A DNA stretch of 64,000 nt from assembly GCF_009931435.1 (NCBI RefSeq), contig NZ_CP043414.1. One strand, 5' to 3'. This document shows positions 52,921 through 64,000 of the stretch, piece after piece. This DNA comes from Escherichia coli. Lineage in GTDB: Bacteria > Pseudomonadota > Gammaproteobacteria > Enterobacterales > Enterobacteriaceae. Numbering within the stretch: the first letter of the stretch is position 1; every line of letters starts with the position of its first letter. The translations under genes were made by a program, and so were the position numbers. A model generated the notes under the pieces. That model did no database searches, was not told the origin of the DNA, and saw only the letters and a program-made list of their open reading frames with translations.

Positions 52921-53238
52921 CTAAAAAATTGCATAATTTGTTTTATTGGTCACATTTTATGCGACACGATGAAGAAACAGTCGAACAGAGGGCAAATTAG
53001 CACACTTTTTCAACATCATTGTTCTCAACAATGCGCTCCTTCTAAAGCGCAATTCTTTTTATCAGATGGAATATCTGTCACATTGCTTTTCAACGATAGC
53101 TTCCTGGGAGAGATTTTTTCTTATTATTCCTCCCCATCTGGTGTTACCCTCCTGCCCATTAACCCATTCAACAGAACTGTGACGCGCCATGGCAAATATC
53201 GTTTTGCCGATAGAGCTATGACCGCCAGAAACATGCTT

Positions 53239-54189
53239 ATGAGTATAAAAGAGCAAACGTTAATGACGCCTTACCTACAGTTTGACCGCAACCAGTGGGC
53301 AGCTCTGCGTGATTCCGTACCTATGACGTTATCGGAAGATGAGATCGCCCGTCTCAAAGGTATTAATGAAGATCTCTCGTTAGAAGAAGTGGCCGAGATC
53401 TATTTACCTTTGTCACGTTTGCTGAACTTCTATATAAGCTCGAATCTGCGCCGTCAGGCAGTTCTGGAACAGTTTCTTGGTACCAACGGGCAACGCATTC
53501 CTTACATTATCAGTATCGCAGGTAGCGTCGCGGTGGGGAAAAGTACAACCGCCCGTGTATTGCAGGCACTATTAAGCCGTTGGCCGGAGCATCGTCGTGT
53601 TGAACTGATCACGACTGATGGCTTCCTTCACCCTAATCAGGTGCTGAAAGAACGTGGTCTGATGAAGAAGAAAGGCTTCCCGGAATCGTATGATATGCAT
53701 CGCCTGGTGAAGTTTGTTTCCGATCTCAAATCCGGCGTGCCAAACGTTACGGCACCAGTTTACTCGCATCTTATTTATGATGTGATCCCGGATGGAGATA
53801 AAACGGTTGTTCAGCCTGATATTTTAATTCTTGAAGGGTTAAATGTCTTACAGAGCGGGATGGATTATCCACACGATCCACATCATGTATTTGTTTCTGA
53901 TTTTGTCGATTTTTCGATATATGTTGATGCACCGGAAGACTTACTTCAGACGTGGTATATCAACCGTTTCCTGAAATTCCGTGAAGGGGCTTTTACAGAC
54001 CCGGATTCCTATTTTCATAACTACGCGAAATTAACTAAAGAAGAAGCGATTAACACTGCCATGACATTGTGGAAAGAGATCAACTGGCTGAACTTAAAGC
54101 AAAATATTCTACCTACTCGTGAGCGCGCCAGTTTAATCCTGACAAAGAGTGCTAATCACGCGGTAGAAGAGGTCAGACTACGCAAATAA
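53239..54189 (+). CDS. coaA: Pantothenate kinase CoaA (316 aa)
   Basis: ORF 52897..54189 trimmed to [19 protein letters not shown] start; P-loop GSVAVGKST. Confidence 0.95.
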   Translation: MSIKEQTLMTPYLQFDRNQWAALRDSVPMTLSEDEIARLKGINEDLSLEEVAEIYLPLSRLLNFYISSNLRRQAVLEQFLGTNGQRIPYIISIAGSVAVGKSTTARVLQALLSRWPEHRRVELITTDGFLHPNQVLKERGLMKKKGFPESYDMHRLVKFVSDLKSGVPNVTAPVYSHLIYDVIPDGDKTVVQPDILILEGLNVLQSGMDYPHDPHHVFVSDFVDFSIYVDAPEDLLQTWYINRFLKFREGAFTDPDSYFHNYAKLTKEEAINTAMTLWKEINWLNLKQNILPTRERASLILTKSANHAVEEVRLRK

Positions 54190-54217
54190 TTTTCAGGGGA
54201 GCTAATGCTCCCCTTTC

Positions 54218-55183
54218 TTATTTTTCTGCACTACGCAGGGATATTTCACCGCCCATCCAGGGTTTTATTATTCCATCCTGCTCAAGCAATAAAGCGCCTT
54301 GTTTGTCTATTCCGCGTGAAATGCCAAATATTTCTTTATCACCAATGATAAGTTTCACTGGGCGATTAATAAAATTATCCAGTTTTTCCCAGCGCGAAAG
54401 ATAAGGTGCCAATCCTTCTTGCTCGAAGAGTTCCAGCGCCGCACGTAATTCACGTATTAGCATGGCCGCCAACGCATTACGATCGAGATTGATCCCAGCT
54501 TCCTGCAGCGTGATCCACCCCTGATTAACGACACTCTCTTCAACACGACGCATTGCCATGTTGATCCCGGCACCAACGACTATTTGCGCCGCATCGCCGG
54601 TTTTGCCAGTCAGCTCCACAAGAATACCTGCCAGCTTGCGATCCTGCAGATAGAGGTCATTCGGCCATTTAACACGAACTTTATCAGCGCCCAACTTGCG
54701 TAATACTTCCGCCATCACGATACCGATAACCAGACTTAAACCAATCGCCGCAGCCGGGCCTTGTTCCAGACGCCAGAACATCGACAAATATAAGTTTGCG
54801 CCAAAAGGTGAAAACCATTTCCGACCTCGGCGACCACGTCCTGCCTGCTGGTATTCAGCAACGCAGGCATCACCCGATTTAAGCTCTCCGATACGATCAA
54901 GAAGATACTGATTCGTGGAGTCAATAACTGGCAGCACGGCTACACTACCGCCATCCAGCTGACTCAATATCTTTTCGGCATTAAGTAACTGGATTGGCTC
55001 GGGCAAGCTGTATCCTTTACCCGGAACGGTAAAGACATCAACGCCCCAGTCACGCAGTGTTTGAATATGTTTATTAATGGCCGCCCGGCTCATTCCTAAC
55101 GTTTCACCCAGCTGCTCACCAGAGTGAAATTCGCCATTCGCTAACAGGGCGATCAATTTCAGCGGCACGGTGTTATCCTTCAT
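54218..55183 (-). CDS. birA: Biotin-protein ligase / bio repressor BirA (321 aa)
   Basis: N-terminal HTH plus BPL catalytic domain (GRGRRGRKW). Confidence 0.97.
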   Translation of the reverse strand: MKDNTVPLKLIALLANGEFHSGEQLGETLGMSRAAINKHIQTLRDWGVDVFTVPGKGYSLPEPIQLLNAEKILSQLDGGSVAVLPVIDSTNQYLLDRIGELKSGDACVAEYQQAGRGRRGRKWFSPFGANLYLSMFWRLEQGPAAAIGLSLVIGIVMAEVLRKLGADKVRVKWPNDLYLQDRKLAGILVELTGKTGDAAQIVVGAGINMAMRRVEESVVNQGWITLQEAGINLDRNALAAMLIRELRAALELFEQEGLAPYLSRWEKLDNFINRPVKLIIGDKEIFGISRGIDKQGALLLEQDGIIKPWMGGEISLRSAEK

Positions 55184-56208
55184 GAAATTGTCTCCACTGC
55201 GCTCACTTCACCTGATGCGCCAATAAAGCGGACTTCAGGCTCAAGCCAGACATTAAATTTTTCACCAACTTTCTGTCTTACATGATGCGCCAGCTGTACA
55301 ACATCTTCGCTTTTTGCGTTGTGCTCATTTATGAGAACCAGCGCCTGTTGACGGTGTACCGCAGCACCACCAATTTGCGTCCCTTTAAGCTGGCACTGAT
55401 CGATAAGCCAACCTGCTGCCAATTTTACTGAACCGTCTGTCTGGGGATAATGTGGTGCTGTTGGAAATTGTGCCAACAACGCGTTAGCCGCTTCGGCAGA
55501 TACAACAGGGTTTTTGAAGAAACTACCGGCATTGCCATTCACTTTTGGATCAGGGAGTTTGGTGGTGCGCATATGACACACCGCATCAAATACTTGCTGT
55601 GGCGTTACGGTTGTAGGATCCAGACGAGTTAAGTCACCATACGTTAGTACAGGTTGCCACTCTTTTGGCAGGCGCAGACCTACGGCTACAATGGCGAAGC
55701 GGTCCTGGTATTCATGTTTAAAAATACTGTCGCGATAGCCAAAACGGCACTCTTTGGCAGTTAAGCGCACTTGCTTGCCTGTCGCCAGTTCAACACAGTC
55801 AACATAAGCGCAAACTCGCTGTAATTCTACGCCATAAGCACCAATATTCTGGATAGGTGATGAGCCGACACAACCAGGAATTAACGCCAGATTTTCCAGA
55901 CCTGGCATACCTTCCTGCAAAGTGTATTTTACCAAGCGATGCCAGTTTTCTCCGGCTCCTACATGTAAATACCACGCATCAGGTTCATCATGAATTTCGA
56001 TACCTTTGATCCGGTTGATGATCACCGTGCCGCGATAGTCTTCCAGAAAAAGTACATTACTTCCTTCACCCAGAATAAGAACGGGTTGCCCTTCTGCGGT
56101 TGCATGCTGCCAGGCATTGAGTAATTGTTGTTCGTCTTCGGCACATACAATGTGCTGAGCATTATGATCAATGCCAAATGTGTTCCAGGGTTTTAAGGAG
56201 TGGTTCAT
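55180..56208 (-). CDS. murB: UDP-N-acetylenolpyruvoylglucosamine reductase MurB (342 aa)
   Basis: FAD-binding fold; 4-bp overlap with birA; starts about 135 nt after rrfB. Confidence 0.97.
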   Translation of the reverse strand: MNHSLKPWNTFGIDHNAQHIVCAEDEQQLLNAWQHATAEGQPVLILGEGSNVLFLEDYRGTVIINRIKGIEIHDEPDAWYLHVGAGENWHRLVKYTLQEGMPGLENLALIPGCVGSSPIQNIGAYGVELQRVCAYVDCVELATGKQVRLTAKECRFGYRDSIFKHEYQDRFAIVAVGLRLPKEWQPVLTYGDLTRLDPTTVTPQQVFDAVCHMRTTKLPDPKVNGNAGSFFKNPVVSAEAANALLAQFPTAPHYPQTDGSVKLAAGWLIDQCQLKGTQIGGAAVHRQQALVLINEHNAKSEDVVQLAHHVRQKVGEKFNVWLEPEVRFIGASGEVSAVETIS

Positions 56209-56300
56209 AGCTGCTTTCCTGATGCAAAAACGAGGCTAGTTTACCGTATCTGTGGGGGGATGGCTTGTAGATATGACGACAGGAAGAGTTTGTAGAAACG

Positions 56301-56333
56301 CAAAAAGGCCCAGTCTTCCGACTGGGCCTTCTG
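56301..56333 (-). terminator. rrnB terminator (single hairpin, same sequence as the rrnE terminator)
   Basis: Minus-strand AGAAGGCCCAGTCGGAAGACTGGGCCTTTTTGCGTTTCTAC directly after 5S. Confidence 0.8.
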
Positions 56334-56342
56334 CTTAATTTG

Positions 56343-56462
56343 ATGCCTGGCAGTTCCCTACTCTCGCATGGGGAGACCCCACACTACCATCGGCGCTACG
56401 GCGTTTCACTTCTGAGTTCGGCATGGGGTCAGGTGGGACCACCGCGCTAAGGCCGCCAGGCA
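56343..56462 (-). rRNA. rrfB: 5S rRNA (rrnB operon)
   Basis: Same length and sequence as the rrfE copy, 40,293 bp away. Confidence 0.95.
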
Positions 56463-56555
56463 AATTCTGTTTCATCAGACCGCTTCTGCGTTCTGATTTA
56501 ATCTGTATCAGGCTGAAAATCTTCTCTCAATCCGCCAAAACATCTTCGGCGTTGT

Positions 56556-59460
<2,905 letters not shown>

Positions 59461-59653
59461 TCACAACCCGAAGATGTTTCTTGCGATTCATCATCGTGTT
59501 GCGAAAATTTGAGAGACTCACGAACAACTTTCGTTGTTCAGTGTTTCAATTTTCAGCTTGATCCAGATTTTTAAAGAGCAAATATCTCAAACGTCACCCG
59601 AAGATGAGTTTTGAGATATTAAGGCAGGTGACTTTCACTCACAAACCAGCAAG

Positions 59654-59729
59654 TGGCGTCCCCTAGGGGATTCGAACCCCTGTTACCGCCGTGAAAGGGC
59701 GGTGTCCTGGGCCTCTAGACGAAGGGGAC
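59654..59729 (-). tRNA. gltT: tRNA-Glu(UUC) in the 16S-23S spacer
   Basis: Same 76-nt sequence as gltV. Confidence 0.97.
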
Positions 59730-59900
59730 ACGAAAATTGCTTATCACGCGCTGCGTGATATTTTCGTGTAGGGTGAGCTTTCATTAATAGAAAGCGAACG
59801 GCCTTATTCTCTTCAGCCTCACTCCCAACGCGTAAACGCCTTGCTATTCACTTTTCATCAGACAATCTGTGTGAGCACTGCAAAGTACAGTTCTTTAAGG

Positions 59901-61442
<1,542 letters not shown>

Positions 61443-61574
61443 AAAAGTTTGATGCTCAAAGAATTAAACTTCGTAATGAATTACGTGTTCACTCTTGAGA
61501 CTTGGTATTCATTTTTCGTCTTGCGACGTTAAGAATCCGTATCTTCGAGTGCCCACACAGATTGTCTGATAAAT

Positions 61575-61587
61575 TGTTAAAGAGCAG
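61575..61587 (-). promoter_or_regulatory. rrn leader boxA (rrnB)
   Basis: Minus-strand TGCTCTTTAACAA. Confidence 0.8.
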
Positions 61588-61623
61588 TGCCGCTTCGCTT
61601 TTTCTCAGCGGCGCGGGGTGTGC

Positions 61624-61651
61624 ATAATACGCTTTCCCGCTACAGAGTCAA
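61624..61651 (-). promoter_or_regulatory. rrnB P2 promoter
   Basis: Minus strand TTGACT -16 bp- TATTAT. Confidence 0.8.
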
Positions 61652-61741
61652 GCATTTTTTTGCTTTTCTCTGTCGAGATTCTCAGGAGAACCCCGCTGAC
61701 CCGGCGGCGTGTTTGCCGTTGTTCCGTGTCAGTGGTGGCGC

Positions 61742-61792
61742 ATTATAGGGAGTTATTCCGGCCTGACAAGAGGAAATTTAAAATAATTTTCC
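61742..61792 (-). promoter_or_regulatory. rrnB P1 promoter with UP element
   Basis: Minus strand AAAATTATTTTAAATTTCCTC (UP) TTGTCA -16 bp- TATAAT GCGCC. Confidence 0.85.
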
Positions 61793-61814
61793 GAATGCGC
61801 AACATTCAACCAAA

Positions 61815-62672
61815 TCAGTCTGAAACTGCCAGTTTTTCGAGCGTTTTGAAGCCGTAACGCTGTAAAACGGGTAATAACTGTTCAGCTTCTGGCGTCATGT
61901 CCATGCAAAAGGCAATATTCGCATCGGCGGATTTTGCATCCGGGGCTTCATGTTCTAACAACCAGGCCGTTCGGCGAGCAATCGCAGCGCCTGAATCCAC
62001 CAGCCGTGTTCCCTCTGGCAGTACCTGTAACAGTTCTTCTTGTAGTAGAGGGAAATGGGTACACCCCAGTACAACGGTATCTGGCGGCTCTTTCATTCTT
62101 AACCACGGACGCAAGATACGTTTTAGCGCATCCAGAGAAACATCTTCGCCATGCAGCTTCGCTTCAGCCAACTCAACCATCTCTGCCGAGCCCAGCATTT
62201 CTATCTGGCATTCATTAGCGAAACGCGTGATCAGCTCATGAGTATAAGAACGTTTAACTGTTCCGCGGGTTGCCAGTAATCCGACAATGCCATTAGCTGT
62301 CAGACGTGCCGCTGGCTTAATTGCCGGAACGACACCGACAACCGGGAACGCAAACTTCTCGCGTAATGCAGGAAGTGAAACGGTACTGGCGGTGTTGCAA
62401 GCGACCACTGCCAGCGCAAGGGGATAGCGTTCTTGCACTGCGGTGACAATTGCCACCACTCGCTCAACAATAAACTCTTCGCTTTTTTCGCCATACGGGA
62501 AAGCGACGTTATCGAAAGCATAAATGTAATGGAGATCCGGTAAGAGATGCCGGATCTCGTCATAGACCGACAACCCACCAACGCCGGAGTCAAACACCAG
62601 CACGGTGGGACGTGGTTCAGAAGGTGTAGCTGCCAGACAAGGTGTATTCCCGTCCTGCAGTTTGGTAGCCAT
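61815..62672 (-). CDS. murI: Glutamate racemase MurI (285 aa)
   Basis: ORF 61815..62684 trimmed to MATKLQDGNTPCLAATPSE start; its 3' end lies under the rrnB P1 upstream region. Confidence 0.95.
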   Translation of the reverse strand: MATKLQDGNTPCLAATPSEPRPTVLVFDSGVGGLSVYDEIRHLLPDLHYIYAFDNVAFPYGEKSEEFIVERVVAIVTAVQERYPLALAVVACNTASTVSLPALREKFAFPVVGVVPAIKPAARLTANGIVGLLATRGTVKRSYTHELITRFANECQIEMLGSAEMVELAEAKLHGEDVSLDALKRILRPWLRMKEPPDTVVLGCTHFPLLQEELLQVLPEGTRLVDSGAAIARRTAWLLEHEAPDAKSADANIAFCMDMTPEAEQLLPVLQRYGFKTLEKLAVSD

Positions 62673-64000
62673 AGACTGTCTCATAATCTTTGTCGAACAG
62701 GTTGGCTATTTTACCACGAACTGTCAGGTGAGAGGTGACCGGATACGCAACCGCAAGATCCCACACACTCAGTCCCCCCATTTTCACCCTACGGGCATTG
62801 TCAAAGTCGTAATCGTATCGCTCACCGATGTACTGATACGTAACATCCCATCCAAGCTCATAAATCTCACCGCTCAACTCATATTTTACCTGCTGTTTTG
62901 CGCGACGATAGAGTTGCTGATCAGTTTCATCATCGCGGGGGTCAACATACTGCAACGTCAAACGATGATCGACTGGACCAGTTATGAGATTACCCGTCCA
63001 TTCAAGGCCCTTAATTGTCGCGGATTTGACGTTAAAATAGGTATTTTTGTTGTAGTCAATCAGATTCTGGATTTTGTAGTGATAGGTCGACAAGCGCCAG
63101 TCAACTGGACCGGTTAGGCCTTCTAATCCAGCCTCCCATTGCTTAGATTCTTCTGGCTTCAAATTAGGGTTAGAAGCAATACCGAATCGCTCTGCGCCAA
63201 ATTGTTGACCAAGCGAAGGAGCCAGGAAACCTGTTCCATAGGAAAGCGTTACTTTGTAATTATCAACAAACTGCCATCCTGCCGCCGTTTGCCAAGTACC
63301 ATGCCAGCCGAACTGACCATCGTGATCCTCACGACCAGAGGCTTCCAGCGTGACGTTGTCAATTTGCTGCTGCCCGGTCAGATAAAGCCCGGTGTTGTTG
63401 CGCTTATAGTTATCTGTGCCATAAGCACCGAAGGACATCAGTTTTTCCTGTTTCCAGTCCGCTCCTGCGCTGATAGCACCATGTCCAACAATGACATTGT
63501 TACCCCACTGGATATAACGTTGCTCCATATCATCAAGAGTATAACCTGACGCGTAACGTCTAGCCTGACTGCTGTAGTTGTAGTCCTTAATGCGCTGATA
63601 ATTTGCAACCAGCTGAGAAGAATAGATCCCCGAATTAAAACGCAACCCCGTATCCCACGACTGCGTATAATTTTGATGCTCGTCATTGCCGCCATCATAT
63701 CCCCAGTTCCCCTGGTCGTAATCAGCATTACTGGCATAACCATAACCACGGAAGTAACCATCAAACTGATCGTTAAATTTGTGCTCAATTCCGCCCCAGA
63801 ACAGCTTGTTGCGATAACCATCGCGATCGCTATCTCCGCTATAGCTTGAGTATGGCTGGATGTTGAAACCTTTGGTCGTTTGATAAGCCCCTGCAGCAGT
63901 CACGACCGTGTCACCAAAACGCTGACGGTAAGTACCATCGTATTGCTGGTAACCTTTCGAACCAATACCGATATTAATCTGCGAACGCTCTTCATTCGTC
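62617..64000 (-). CDS. btuB: TonB-dependent vitamin B12 / colicin E / phage receptor BtuB, 5' end beyond window edge (divergent allele)
   Basis: Minus-strand frame open from the window edge to the stop at 62617; C-terminus ...VRGKIANLFDKDYETVYGYQTAGREYTLSGSYTF is the canonical BtuB terminal beta-strand; overlaps the murI start by 56 bp. Confidence 0.85.
   Translation of the reverse strand, partial: TNEERSQINIGIGSKGYQQYDGTYRQRFGDTVVTAAGAYQTTKGFNIQPYSSYSGDSDRDGYRNKLFWGGIEHKFNDQFDGYFRGYGYASNADYDQGNWGYDGGNDEHQNYTQSWDTGLRFNSGIYSSQLVANYQRIKDYNYSSQARRYASGYTLDDMEQRYIQWGNNVIVGHGAISAGADWKQEKLMSFGAYGTDNYKRNNTGLYLTGQQQIDNVTLEASGREDHDGQFGWHGTWQTAAGWQFVDNYKVTLSYGTGFLAPSLGQQFGAERFGIASNPNLKPEESKQWEAGLEGLTGPVDWRLSTYHYKIQNLIDYNKNTYFNVKSATIKGLEWTGNLITGPVDHRLTLQYVDPRDDETDQQLYRRAKQQVKYELSGEIYELGWDVTYQYIGERYDYDFDNARRVKMGGLSVWDLAVAYPVTSHLTVRGKIANLFDKDYETVYGYQTAGREYTLSGSYTF

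Noticed and set aside
52897-53238. N-terminal 114-codon extension of the coaA ORF in the ORF track
   Set aside because: The extension overlaps the tufB-operon promoter and tRNA region; the conserved CoaA start (MSIKEQ...) is at 53239.

Overview
This 64-kb window is conserved core chromosome of an Escherichia coli-type genome, reverse-complemented relative to the usual K-12 map. I found no previously undescribed system: no CRISPR array, IS element, prophage or defence island, and the only long repeats are the two rRNA operons. Gene order is yjbB(partial)-metH / iclR-arpA / aceK-aceA-aceB-metA / yjaB / yjaA-rrnE / purHD / zraRS / zraP / yjaH-hupA-yjaG-nfi-hemE-nudC / rsd-thiCEFSGH / rpoCB-rplLJAK-nusG-secE-tufB-tRNA(thrT,glyT,tyrU,thrU) / coaA / birA-murB-rrnB-murI-btuB(partial). 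Both rRNA operons are 16S-tRNAGlu-23S-5S. The things worth a second look are strain-level differences from the K-12 arrangement, which I compared from memory: (1) arpA is broken by an in-frame TAA and a frameshift in an A7 run; (2) no htrC/yjaZ-sized gene lies between rpoC and thiH; (3) btuB is strongly divergent except at its 3' end; (4) the two 16S copies differ in helix V1 with a compensatory base-pair change, and both differ from K-12; (5) the 16S-tRNAGlu spacers differ by 86 nt between operons; (6) rrnB has a single terminator identical to rrnE's and a shortened 3' flank. Coordinates for CDS starts are taken from the ORF track after trimming upstream extensions; RNA boundaries are read from the sequence and may be off by a few nt.
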